From positions 25,916,001 through 25,980,000 of the forward strand of contig OX597831.1 of NCBI GenBank assembly GCA_951406725.2: DNA of 64,000 nt. Direction: 5' to 3'. A model generated the notes under the pieces. The model ran no database searches. It was not told the DNA's origin and was given only the letters and a program-made list of their open reading frames with translations. The stretch comes from Octopus vulgaris. Taxonomy: Eukaryota. Numbering within the stretch: position 1 is the stretch's first letter; each line of letters begins with the position of its first letter. Both the position numbers and the translations under genes were made by a program. Shown here one piece after another: positions 1 to 12,575 of the stretch.

Positions 1-140
1 ACACATATCATGTGTTTATATGTGTGGGGGGGTCCAAAAAACATAAAAAAGCAATCAGTAGAAGCAACAGCTGACCTTAACAAAAATACAGATAAACTAA
101 ATTCCTTCCAAAGTTACCTTTCTGTTCACTCTCTCACCCA

Positions 141-173
<33 letters not shown>

Positions 174-549
174 GTCTATCTATATATATATCCATCATCC
201 ATCCATACATATATGTATGTATCTCTAACTAAGGAAAACTAAAATTACTTGTTGTAATAACGTCTTTTCTTCTAATGTATACACACAAAAAATTCCTGTA
301 TTATTTGCTGTGATGTATATATGGTATTATGTAAATAACTGCATTTAAAATTAAACACGTTTTTCCATACTTTAATTGTTTTTCATTATCAGTTTCATCT
401 CATTTATGCATGATAAGCATATTTACTATCATTATCAAAGCCACAGATATACTAGTCTACAAGTATATTCCTTTGCCTGCTTCTCCAGTTATGTAAAGCA
501 ACTGCATCAATACTCCTTAATGTTTAGCATTTTTGTGTACGACAGATAG

Positions 550-642
550 TCACACCTTGGATTGCCAGCTGATGTATTGTTTAGAGGTAAAGGTCCTCCC
601 CTGGGGCAATTAAAAGATTACAATGCAGGAAGTGTCTTCTAA
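550..642 (+). CDS. Candidate terminal coding exon (SHLGLPADVLFRGKGPPLGQLKDYNAGSVF*), gene unidentified
   Basis: Acceptor-like ...tttttgtgtacgacagatag| followed by a locally GC-richer open frame of 30 codons ending TAA TAA, then AT-rich sequence. No homology recognised. Confidence 0.35.
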   Translation, partial: SHLGLPADVLFRGKGPPLGQLKDYNAGSVF

Positions 643-2244
643 TAAGAAAAATATAATTACATTACTTCAGCTTTGCTTTTTTCCTTTTCATTTTATTCCT
701 TTGATTGCTAACTAAATACTAAAATATAAACGTTAAAGACATAATGTGAAAGAAGTGACTAAAATTGTTGTTGGGATTTTCAAGTTTTAGGTTCTGTAAT
801 CAAGTATTAATTAGAACTTTTAATTACTTTTGGTGAAATAAAAGAAGTTTCTAGTTATCTCATAGATTCAGCTTGTTGGAATGGTGCCAAATTCTACACA
901 CACACACACACTATATGAAAGAGGAATGCGCCTTTTCTTTGACTTGTCTGCAGATTCACCTCAGAATCTATTGGTCATGTATTCAATTTGGCCAGATGAT
1001 TCCAAAGATTATAATAGATATTTAATGATGGCACATTAAATTAAAATTACTACTTGGATTAAGTAGTCTGAGAAACTAGAATGTTAATTACTGACTTTCG
1101 TTTATACAGCTAAGTGGTTCCCAAAATTATATATGAAAACCTCTTGCACAATTTTCAAAAAATCGTAAAAAACCTCTCTCTATATTATAAGGACTACTCT
1201 CACCACTCGAATTTTTATAAGACACTAACTCTAACAAAAATTGTTTTAAAGAGAAAATGTATTCACATAAAAATCAATAATAGCAACTTATTAGTTTGAA
1301 AGTAATTAATATCATTTTATTTTTTCGCTTTTTAGAAACTAAATTTTTATTTAATTTTATTAAATGACACCTTATCACATGAAATTTTTTCAGAGAATCT
1401 TTGAGTTCTGTGGAACCCACTTTTCAGAATTCTGATAGTTAATTTGTAATTGGGCTGCTAGCCAAGTTCCAAAGGAAACTGAACCATTTTAAATTCGTTC
1501 TTCCATACATCAAATTCTTGTGACATTTGAATTTACTTAATGACATTATAGGACTCATAAAAAGTGTTTTATGTAAAGTTTATTTAAAGCATTTTGTATG
1601 AAGAATTTGAGGGTTTATTTTTACAGCCAATATTAATTTCTCTTTTTAGTCATGTAATCCATTAAAATCTAATATTGCCCTTTCTGTTTCATTTCCTCAG
1701 TTTTTACTTTAATCTTTAATACATTGCTAAATTTAGAGAATTCTTTTTATTTTTTTGATAAGTGCACTTGTTGATTTTTTTTCTTTCCCAGTCACCAAGT
1801 TTTCCTTTTACTAAAAGAACTCAAAAACCTGGAAAACAACAAGAATACTTAATTTTCTAAAATTTTTAAAGCTTTCAAAATAACAACAAAAAAAAACGGT
1901 GTGCAAAAACAGTGCATAAAGCAGATGACATTAAATTGTTAAAAGACAAATTTTTCAAGTTTTTAAATGACTTAAGTCTTGTACTTAGTCACAGCTCCAG
2001 TTAATTTAACATTTCATTGTGACCTACTCTCAGCAGAAAAAAATAATATTGTTGACATAATTGTTTCACATTTTCCTTGTTTTATTTTCAACCATTTAAA
2101 TATATTATTTAAATACGTTTTTTTAGCCATATCAAACAGAACTGATCTGACATAGTCACCTTCAAAGTATTTGCGTAGTCTAAATAAAAGTGAATTAAGT
2201 GGCTGATCATACTTGTTCTTATGTTTGTTTAATGTGTATTCTTT

Positions 2245-2664
2245 TCTTTTACTTTTTTACTTGTTTCAGTCAATTGACTGCAGCCATGCTGGAGCACTAC
2301 CTTTAGTCAAACAAATCGCCCCCCCCCCCCAGGACTTATTCTTTATAAACCTAGTACTTATTCTATCGATCTCTTTTGCCAGACTGCTAACTACTAAGTT
2401 ATGGGGATATAAACACATCAACATCGGTTGTCCAGCGATGGGTTGGGGGACAAACACAGGCACACAAAGACATACACACACAAACATATATATACACACA
2501 AGATGGGCTTCTTTCAGTTTCTATCTACCAAATCCACTCACAAGGCTTTGGTCAGCCCAAGGCTACAGAAGAAGCCACTTGTCCAAGCTGCCATGCAGTG
2601 GGACTGAACACAGAGCCATGTAGTTGGGAGGCAAGTTTCTTACCACACAGCTACTCCTGCGCCT
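2245..2664 (-). mobile_element. tRNA-headed SINE, family A (full length)
   Basis: Reverse complement starts AGGCGCAGGAGTAGCTGTGTGGTAAG (A-box-like) with a B-box-like GTTCAGTCCC, an internal (TA/TG)n tract and a 3' stem-loop CAGTC-AATT-GACTG-AAAC tail. About 17 copies in the window. Confidence 0.9.
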
Positions 2665-2733
2665 ATAAACATGTATATATAGTTATATGCAAAGAAAGAT
2701 GGAAAGAAGAATTGATGTGCTTTAATATCTTAA

Positions 2734-3421
2734 CCCTCTTGGGACACCTGGGCTGATTGATCAGCCCAAATGATACAAGCTGAAAGGGCTTTGAGGCTGA
2801 TCCAGCCACCCGATGAAGTGTAATAGCCAATCAGCCATTTTGAAGTGTAATAACCAATCAGAGATCATCTTTCAGTGGATATAATATAAAACTATATAAA
2901 ATATACAGTTTTACAAACTAATAAAAGAGTTTTAGGTGCTTTATCCTTTGTTTTCTACATCATCATCATCATCATCATCATCATTTAACGTTTGTTTTCC
3001 ACACTAGCATGGGTTGGACGGTTCGACCGGGGTCTGGGAAGCCAGGGGCTGCTCCAGGCTCCAGTCTGATCTGGCAGAGTTTCTACGGCTGGATGCCCTT
3101 CCTAATACCAACCACTCCGCGAGTGTAGTGGGTGCTTTTTACGTGCCACCTGCACAGGTGCCAGGGAGGGGGTCCGGCATCGTCCACGATTGGTTGGAGC
3201 TTTTAATGTGCCAGCGGCACGGAAGCCAGCCAAGGCGGCACTGGCAACGTTCGGATGGTGCTTTTTATGTGCCACCGGCACAGAAGCCAGTCGTTGCAGC
3301 GTTGGCATCGGCCACGTTCGGATAGTGCTTTTTATGTGCACCCAACAAATTCAATCTCAATACAAAAAACATTTTGGTCAATTTAGCTACACATACCAAA
3401 ACACAGTGTGTCTCAAAAGGG
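2734..3421. mobile_element. piggyBac-type MITE carrying a nested SINE
   Basis: TTAA|CCCTCTTGGGACAC ... GTGTCTCAAAAGGG|TTAA: terminal inverted repeats with TTAA target duplication (2730-2733, 3422-3425). Confidence 0.8.
2958..3341 (-). mobile_element. Family C retroposon with RTE-like (GAT)n tail and internal ~66-bp tandem repeats
   Basis: Reverse complement ends ...CCCATGCTAG...CGTTAAATGATGATGAT; repeated units GGTGCTTTT(T)ACGTGCCACC.GCAC.GAAGCCAG. Confidence 0.8.
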
Positions 3422-3462
3422 TTAATAAATACCAAGTAATATCATAAATCAAGAAATAAGGG

Positions 3463-3655
3463 GCTGAGCAGACAAAATGCTTAGTTTCCCTTCATTTGTC
3501 TTTATCTTCTGAGTTTTAATTCTGTCAAGGTCGACTTTACCTTTCATTTTGGGGTCGATAAAATAAGTACCATTTGAGCACTGGGATCAATGTAATTTAC
3601 TTAGCCCAGTCCCTGAAATTGCTGGCCCTGTGCCAAAATTTGAAAGCAATGTTAT
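3463..3655 (+). mobile_element. SINE family B, older subfamily
   Basis: TTCTGAGTTTTAATTCTGTCAAGGTCGACTTTACCTTTCAT...GGGGTCGATAAAATAAGTACC core; tail ...GTGCCAAAATTTGAAAGC. Confidence 0.75.
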
Positions 3656-4026
3656 AATCATCATCATCATCATCATCATCATCGTTTAACGTCCGTTCTC
3701 CATGCTAGCATGGGTTGGATGGTTCGACCGGGGATCTGGGAAGCCAGAAGGCTGCACCAGGCTCCGGTCTTATCTGGCAATGTTTCTACAGCTGGATGCC
3801 CTTCCTAATGCCAACCACTCCATGAGTGTAGTGGGTGCTTTTTACGTGCCACCTGCACTGGTGCCAGGCGAGGCTGGCATCGGCCACGGTCGGATTGGTG
3901 CATTTTACGTGCCACCTGCACGGAAGCCAGTCGAGGCGGCACTGGCTTCGGCCACGATTCGGATAGTGCTTTTTACGTGCCACCTGCACGGAAGCCAGTC
4001 GAGGCAGCGCTGGCATCGGCCACGAT
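3655..4026 (-). mobile_element. Family C retroposon
   Basis: Closely similar to 2958-3341, with (CAT)n tail and three internal repeat units. Confidence 0.85.
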
Positions 4027-4329
4027 AATCAAAAATGGAAATGGATTATCAGAATTAGTAAAGTGGCTGACAAAACTCTTTGTGTTATTCATTTGTTTAG
4101 CTTTACATTGATGTCCTGCCAATGTCAGTTTCCTCTTTCATCTTTCTTTGTTTGGTAAAATAAGTTCAAGTCTAGTACAAGGGTTAATCAACCACTCAGT
4201 CCAACAAAATGCACGGCTTTGTGCCTATGGTAGAAACGAGTATTACAAATCAAACAGTGAATTGACAGAAATGATAGAACATTAAACTAACAGCAACTGG
4301 TCTCATTTCTTTACATCACTGATTGCTTT

Positions 4330-5500
4330 ACATTTGGATATGTATGACAGGAATTTGTAATAGCAGAGTTTCGGAGATAGTCTTGGGATAAAACAATCAA
4401 ATGTTAGTGATAATAGATTAGATAGAGAACGCAAAACTGAGTTGATTAGATATGAAGAGACTTCATCTGAGTCCAACTTTCAAAGGAGATCTAAAACTAA
4501 TTATGGTGATAATTATAATGTAAGTGGGAGGAAGTTGATAATAATATTGATGTGCAGACTCTTCAAACAGGAAGCAAGTTACTTCATTTATTAAAAATGC
4601 AAACTTTAAAGAGATTATATATGGCTTAAATTCATAATAGATTATGATGAAGAGAGGGATGCGTTTGGTTTAAATAAACATTTGTTAAAATTGAAAGATT
4701 TTAGCTTTGGTAAGCTACTAAGGTTTAATGTTTTAACCTAAAATTAATCTTTGGTCATGTTGAAATGTTACACTTTAAATCAATACTATTCTTTAATCTT
4801 AGATTAAACAAAAGGTTTAATTGCAAAACAAATAGACAATATATTAAATTAATTAGTTGACACTCAAACAAATAATGCATGTTATGATATTCTTTTGTAA
4901 AAAGAAACTGTTAAGTGAGAAAAAAATTAGAAAGCTTTTAATTAGTAGAAGATTGAAGAAATTTATCGTTCATGAATATTGATTTCTGACTTACACATAA
5001 CAAGTTATCGTAATATAGGCTGCATAAGTGATTAGGGAACCAGATATATTAAATTTTATTTTAGAAGTGGGAGATATTCTTAAAAGCAACCTCTAATGAA
5101 TCATATACTGAATAGAAACTATGTAGGTAGGATGCAATGTATTAAAGAAATGGTGTTGTAAATCAAGCAATAAAAAGGAATAGTTAAAGTTGAAGTGTAT
5201 AGAAACAGCTGGAAAATATATTTATAGACTTTCGGTTGCCAGCGACATAGGTTTAACAGGAGAAGAAACATAAAGGGAAATTATGCAAAGTAAATAAGAA
5301 TTTATGTGAGACTGTATCCAATCTCTCTTCAGAGTTGATTCTATATACTTAAACATTTCTACTTAGATTTATGGTTTACATTTAGGGGTGGTTTTGAGCC
5401 TATATTTTATGTTATAAGGGTATAATATCAATAATGTCTTCAGTTAACTAATAAAATCAATTAGAAAATTGTTGACCCTGAAAGTTTATTCAAGCATAAT
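4330..5500 (+). pseudogene. Possible highly decayed non-LTR reverse-transcriptase remnant
   Basis: Broken motifs FIDFR (~5221) and GLHLGVVLS (~5372) resemble RT motifs FVDF.KAYD and G..QG..LSP; many stops. Confidence 0.3.
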
Positions 5501-5586
5501 TGTTAATTTCTACTAAAGACAAATTACTTCAGAGAAGTCTAAACCAACTCAAAATAAAATAAATAAATAAACGAGTGGTTGTGTGG

Positions 5587-5997
5587 AGGCACAGGAGTGG
5601 CTGTGTGGTAAATAGCTTGCTTACCAACCGCATGGTGCTGGGTTCAGTCCCACTGCATGGCACCTTGGGCAAGTGTTTTCTACTATAGCCTCGGGCCAAC
5701 CAAAGCCTTGTGAGTGGATTTGGTAGACAGAAACAGAAAGAAGCCCGTCGTATATATGTATATGTATATATATATGTGTGTGTGTGTTTGTGTATCTGTG
5801 TTTGTCCCCCTAACATCGCTTGACAACCGATGCTGGTGTGTTTACATCCCTGTAACTTAGCGATTTGGCAAAAGAGACCGATAAAACAAGTACTAGGCTT
5901 CCCAAGAATAAGTCCTGGGGTCGATTTGATTGACTAAAGGTAGTGCTCCAGCATGGCAGCAGTCAAATGACTGAAACAAGTAAAAGAGTAAAGAGAG
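5587..5997 (+). mobile_element. SINE family A (full length)
   Basis: AGGCACAGGAGTGGCTGTGTGGTAA head through CAGTCAAATGACTGAAACAAGTAAAAGAG tail. Confidence 0.9.
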
Positions 5998-6270
5998 TAT
6001 GTTATAGAGGAGAAATTTTGGTTGAACAACAGGTGTCAGAAGACTCTAAACATTGAAATCCTCAAAGTATGAACAAAACTTAGGTTGTTTAGATTCCCAA
6101 ATAACATGGTATTTGTAGTCACAAGTTCTGATAGCAAAGTAAGAAATGTATGTTTTATGAATTTCATCTTACACTTCTTTATATCATGGTCTCTGTTAGT
6201 TTTTACATTCTGACAAATCAATCATAAAACGTCATTTTCAAAACAACCCTTAATGTTGTTGCTCATGCTT

Positions 6271-6274
<4 letters not shown>

Positions 6275-6305
<31 letters not shown>

Positions 6306-6526
6306 TATAATAATGGTTTCAAAATTTGTCTTGAGGGCAGCAGTTTTGGGGGAGGGAATAAGTCGATGTAATCGACTCCAGTTTTCAACTGGTACTTATT
6401 TTATCAACCCCAAAAAGATGAAAGGCAAAGTTAACCTCTGCAGAATTTGAACTCAGAAAGTAGCGACAGGCGAAATACCACTAAGCATTTCATCTAACAT
6501 GCTAATGATTCTGCCAGTTCACCACC

Positions 6527-6598
<72 letters not shown>

Positions 6599-7073
6599 GT
6601 TCCTTTCATTTGCCACAATAATAATTATAATGGTTTCAAATTTTGCCACAAGGGCAGGATTTTGGGGGGAGGGGATGAGTCAATTACATCGACCCTAGTC
6701 TTTAACTGGTATTTATTTTATCGACCTTGAAAGGATGGAAAGCAAAGTCGACCTCTGCAGAATTTGAACTCAGAACATAGCGACAGACGAAATACTTCTA
6801 AGCATTTCACCCAACGTGCTAATGGTTCTACCAGCTTGCCATCTTAATAACAACAACAACAATAATGATAATAATAATAATAAGGCCAGCAAGTTCAGAG
6901 GATGATGTATGTCGATTACATCTATTCCAGTTCTCAACTGGTACTCATTTTAACAACCTGAAAGGCTGATATGTAAAATTGACCTCAGCAGAATTTGAAC
7001 TCAGGACGTAAAGATGGACATGATGCCGCTAAGTATTTGACGCAATACAGTAACTATTCTGCTAGCTTGGTGC

Positions 7074-7129
<56 letters not shown>

Positions 7130-7130
7130 G
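6275..7130 (-). mobile_element. Three co-oriented older SINE B copies separated by (AAT)n/(GAT)n tracts
   Basis: Copies at ~6314-6527, ~6630-6845 and ~6884-7075, each with GAATTTGAACTCAG and GGTACTTATTTTATC-like core motifs. Confidence 0.8.
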
Positions 7131-7249
7131 TTATTATACTTGTAATTTTATTAAGCATACTACTAGATTGCATATTATAAGTCCAGGTTATTTCAAAGCA
7201 ACTCTCCAGAGAATTATGATGGTTTCTTCTTTTCAAAGCTGCTGTTTAT

Positions 7250-7272
7250 GTTTCTGTGTGTGTGTGCATGTA

Positions 7273-7304
<32 letters not shown>

Positions 7305-7370
7305 TGTGTATGCATGTATGTGTGTGTGTGTGTGCATGTATGTGTGTGTGTGTGTACACACACTTACATA
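7250..7370. repeat. (TG)n microsatellite
   Basis: Direct reading. Confidence 0.95.
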
Positions 7371-7717
7371 CATGGAGGTGTATTTATATATATGCAAAGT
7401 AACTTTTGATTGTATAATACTTTTTTGGAATTTTCCTATATATCTCATTCCATTCTGATAGAATGGATTTTTCTGATACATGTGCTGCGTAAAAGTACAA
7501 TTTTGAAAACCTTTTACTTAAAAATGATCAGATAGCTTTCCATATTTTTCTATGCTCCAAGAGTTCTATTACTGTAAGTACTATGGTAATATCCATGACT
7601 TCTATCATCATCATTATCATCATTATTATTATTGTTATTAATATTATTAATTTTATCTTATTCCATTCTCACAAAAATGTTCGGCCTTGTCTTATGCTGC
7701 AATTTTTTCATAGTTTT

Positions 7718-7766
7718 ATTATTACTAATATTATTATTATTATTATTATTACTATTATTATTATTA

Positions 7767-7817
<51 letters not shown>
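7718..7817. repeat. (ATT)n microsatellite
   Basis: Direct reading. Confidence 0.95.
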
Positions 7818-7818
<1 letters not shown>

Positions 7819-8185
7819 CTCCACCTTAGCAAAGGTGGAGGTATTGTTTTCGGTCATGTTTGTTTTTTTGTCCATGGACAAGATATCTCAAGAACCACTG
7901 AATGGATTTGAATGAAACTTTCAGGGATGTTTGGCCTCATAACTGGCACAAGCTGACTAGATTTAGGGATCGATCTGGTACCGGACAAGGATTCTGGTTT
8001 ATTTTTCCGCTTTTTTCACTTAATTTTTTTGTGAGTGGTCGGGTTCATTTTTAGTATTCACATTTGTGAAAGCAGTCAAGTTTATTTCAGATATTCTCAT
8101 TTTAAAAATCATCTCTGGATAATCGTTGAGAGGATATTGGTGCTGCCTTGGCAGAGGTTTGCACTTTCTGAGTGCCCTTGTTGTT
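7815..8185 (+). mobile_element. Helentron-associated non-autonomous element (HINE/DINE-1-like)
   Basis: 5' hairpin CTCCACCTT-AGCA-AAGGTGGAG, short (TGTT)n, 3' subterminal GGCAGAGGT plus hairpin GCACT-TTCTG-AGTGC; sits in an (ATT)n tract. Confidence 0.65.
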
Positions 8186-11100
8186 ATTATTATTATTATT
8201 AAGGCAGCGAGCTGGCAGAATTGTTGAAGACTGGGTTGATGTAATTGACTCATCCCCTCCCTCAAAATTGCTGCCCCTGTGGCAAAATTTGAAACCATTA
8301 TTATTATTTTATTTACATTATTTACATTCGACAGATATTTGTCCTCATCTTGTTTGTTGTTAACACAATGTTTCAGCTGATATACTCTCCAGCCTTCTAC
8401 CGAGTTCAATTCCAAAGGGCAACCTATAATAATAATAATAACGTCAACAAATAACTTAGGAATGAGAACCCAGGTTCGAAATTTCCCCAATTTTTCTCCC
8501 TTCTTGTAAACTCATCTGTGTTTCAGTAAGTAAAGAGTGAAAGCTACCTTAGATGGTTAATGAAACCAATTGCATGGGTTGTTTTTCAGTTTTGGTGTTT
8601 TCCTTCTTATAATATCTGTTAATTTCTGAAACAGTTTTTTTAACATGTCATAATGTGAACAAGACATTAATATAGAGAGGTACATTGCTTTATAACACCA
8701 TTCAATTTCAACTGCAGATCTTTCAGATCAACTTCCATATTTTCCTCACTATTTCGTTAATATGACAAGCTACAGATTAACATATTTCCACACTTTAAAT
8801 TTATTAGTTTCCACTATGTTTTGGTAATGTTCATTACAGACCGACCTCATTTGATTTTTATATTTCAATGATTATTATATCCATTAATAAGCAATTTTAT
8901 CCAGATTTTTCTTAAAACTCTTTTGTATCTGCTTCAACATGTTGGGTACACATTCTTTATCATATACAAGTAATCTTATAAGAATTATAAATTATATAAA
9001 TTTGATCAATAGCTGATGATTATTTTTTTTATTCTAAACACCTTGGTTAATTTTTATAATTGTTTAACTGTTCCAAAATATCCCATAATTTTTTTTTTGT
9101 ATATTCTACAATTACTTATCATGCTCTTTTCTTGTTAAAATTTCTTATTCCCTTCTTTTTAATCGCTTTAGTTTCTCTTTAAGTTAAAACTGTCCTAATA
9201 CTAGACAAGTTGAAACTTTACTATAGCTATATCAGGCTTTACTTACTGATGCTTCTTTTTCTTTTATTAACTTGAATTTTTTTTTCTACCCATCCTGTTG
9301 GATTTTATTCCACAGAAACTCTTTATCATAATGCATAATATAACTCGCTTTCTTTCTAGTTCATCTTAAAAATCCCAGGCTTCCTCTCTGATACTTGCTT
9401 TTCAAGAACTGATTCTTATTGATTTGCTACTGGTTTGCTTTTACAACAAATGTCACTTATGTTAAGATAATAAATTTAATAATGGTTTCCTCTATTTTAA
9501 TAAATTATTTCAAATTCATTAACTGATATTGGTGTCAGTAATTTAGAAGTATGAAATGTTTGGGAAAAGTATACAACTGCTACGATTTCTGATATTACAA
9601 ATCAAATAGTCTACTGCTGGTTAATCAATACATCTTTCTATTTTTATCATACTCCAAAATAATCGATTGGCAAAAAATGTCATGAGAATAGCACCATGTT
9701 TATAGAACTTTGGTAAATGAGTGGCTATTAGAAAATATGCAGATTCATTGATATATTAAACGCTGTCTTTAGAAAATTTATTTTTATTTTTAAAATCCAG
9801 AATGGATATAAATGAAAATGTGAGAATTTGTATAATTTTGCTATTAATCAGATCAGTTGCCATTGTATCAGCACATTGGATTTTTTTCTTTTTTTTTTTT
9901 TATCCTTGATTTAGCTACAGAAATAGCTTGATATATTTATGCAAAATTGTCTTCATAGTATTAGTTAGTTAAATTATGGCTTTTGCTGGATAAATATGGA
10001 TGTCTGGGAAATTATGTTGCTGATAGTTTCAATCTACAGATAACGCTAGATTTGTCAGTTTTCTTTTATGTAAATCTAGAATTAACTATGGCGTGTCTGC
10101 TACTAGCTGCAAAGTCATATTGGATAACTACAATGTGTGAATGACAATAATATACTTCTTTCCTGTATTATATTTACTACTTATAAAAGTTTTCTGTTGA
10201 ATGCACCATGGCATTTTCTTATGTTCGTATTAAAGTGGCATATCGTTTTCTAGTTTAAAGAAATATGTTATGATTTAATATAAAGCCTAACTTTTAAGAG
10301 TGGATTAATTTTCAAAAGTCTGGTGGAAAGTGCATGATAAAGCAATAAAGATATTCCTTTGAAGGAAGAAAATAGTCTTCAGATTGGTAGAATGGTAAAT
10401 CTTCAATGCATCTTGGCAGTAGTAAGTTAATCTATAAATGATGTAAAAGATGCAGAAAGCTTTAATGCAATTATCATCATTTCACTTGCTCTTAATATTA
10501 AACATGTTTAATATTGTTGAAATGGTGACTACTTATTTCTTTATATCCTAATAGGTTAGCAAATATCCAAATAATTTCAGTCACGACACTGGCCTTCATC
10601 AGCTGCAGAACATTTGTCTTGCATGCAGAGTTAGTGTAACAAGCATGTAATAGTTATTCAAGAGAAATTGATGTGCTGGTTATACATCAAATTCTTAGGC
10701 AGACATCATGTAGGATGGAAATTCACTCGCAATTTAGTTCAATGGTGTGTTGGTAAACTTATCCTCACTTCTCTTGTACCTCTTCTCATTTATCATATTC
10801 AATGAATGGAAAGATATTCGCTCTGTTATTTAAAATGGGAAACACTTTGATTATTTTTCTTTGACCGATCTCATATTGCCTTGAATCTGAATAATTATAT
10901 TCATTTATAAATATCATCTCCTACCTTTTGGAGAATCAATACTACTACTACTACTACTATTAAATAAATAATTGCACTGAATTTATTTCAGTCATGAAGT
11001 ATTCGATGCTAAGGTTTAAAAATATTATACATTTAATAACATGGCTATGAAGAATTTACATGAGCTTATGAAATGCTTCTAAATCTTCAGAAATATTCTC

Positions 11101-12025
11101 AAAAACATCCTTTCTTGGACTTTATACATCAGTATCCTGTCTTATGTCATGCTTCTAATATTGCAGCAGATAAACCTAATTATTTTAATAGCCAACTATT
11201 TAAGATTTTTATAGTACATATGTTTATTTTATTTGTAGATTTGAAAATTGTAGAAGTATTGTTTAGTAATAATAATATTTGTACTAAATTGTGTAATCCT
11301 AGAGAAATGATTTTTGTCTTATGATGCAACTTAATTATAAAATGTTATTTGACACTTAACGATATCTGACTGTCCTACTTAAGATATTTTAATGAGAATG
11401 GTATTATAAATATGTTTTTTAGAAATATTTTCTGTGTAAATATTACTTAAAAGCTTTGTGCCATTGTTATAGCATTATTCTGTTCATTATAGTTTCTTAT
11501 CTTTTGAATATCATGTCTTCAGGATTATATAAAAAAGACTAGAGAAAAATAATTGTAAGATGTAGCAAAAGCTAGTTTAAAATGCATGATCATGGTTTGT
11601 TCAGAAAAATTGGTCTATTGTAGGGAATCCTTCTTTAATCCCAGCTTTTGACTATTATCTCAGTCAGTCTCAGCTATTGTTTGAGTGTGTGTGAAGTTTT
11701 GTAAGAAATAATTTCTATTGCCATGGAAACTCTTTAGCACTTGAATGGATTGCAAAGTATCTTCTAAAAACTGAAACTATTTTTTACTTCATAATCAAAA
11801 CTGCTTTTTTCCTTTTTCTTTATATTTCTTTTCTGCTTTCTTGATTGCATTATTGAGTTGTATTGAAAATGTTTCATGGATCAAACACTGCCTAACAAGT
11901 ATAATAATATTTTTCAAGAAATTGATTATGTATGCAAAATAATCTCAAGGAATTCTACAGTAAACTGCAGATGTTTGTTTTCTCTAATTATTATTGGGTC
12001 AAGCTAATGTTTGATAATGTTTTGT

Positions 12026-12575
12026 TCTTTTATTTGTTTCAGTCATTTGACTGCAGCCATGCTTATTCTTTGTAAGCCTAGTACTTATTCTATCAGTCTC
12101 TTTTGCTGAACTGCTAAGTTACCAAGATGTAAACACACCAACACAGACATACAAGCATATACATACATATATATATTATATATATATATTCTGAGACTCC
12201 AGACCATGGGATTGCACCTAGAAAGTTACATCCCCAGGCACAAGTCCAAGCAAGGTTGTTTATGGAAGACCAGCAGTCGGTCACACATACCAGCCTCCCC
12301 TCTCCATGCCACCAGTGTTATCCAAGAGAAAGGCAATGGTCAATACAGCTTGGCACCTGTGATGTCGCAACTCAACGTGAAATAAGTGTCTTGCTCAAGA
12401 ACACAACACACAGCCCAGTCCAGGATTCAAGCTCACAATCTCACGATCGACACTCTAACCACTGAGCCATGTGCCTTCACATATATATGTATATTTATAT
12501 ATACATGACGGGCTTCTTTCAGTTTCCATTTACCAAATCCATGTACAAGCTACTTACCACATAGCCACTGCTAGG
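12026..12575 (-). mobile_element. Decayed SINE A with a nested second SINE
   Basis: Family A tail at 12026-12170 and head remnant at 12505-12575 flank a foreign insert. Confidence 0.75.
12190..12479 (-). mobile_element. tRNA-headed CORE-type SINE nested in the (TA)n of SINE A
   Basis: Reverse complement GAAGGCACATGGCTCAGTGGTTAGAGTGTCG...GTGTTGTGTTCTTGAGCAAGACAC; the head matches 43318. Confidence 0.75.

Noticed and set aside
3130-3340. CRISPR-like repeat/spacer appearance of the internal GTGCCACC units
   Set aside because: The intervening segments are homologous to each other, the array lies inside a retroposon, the DNA is eukaryotic and there are no cas genes.
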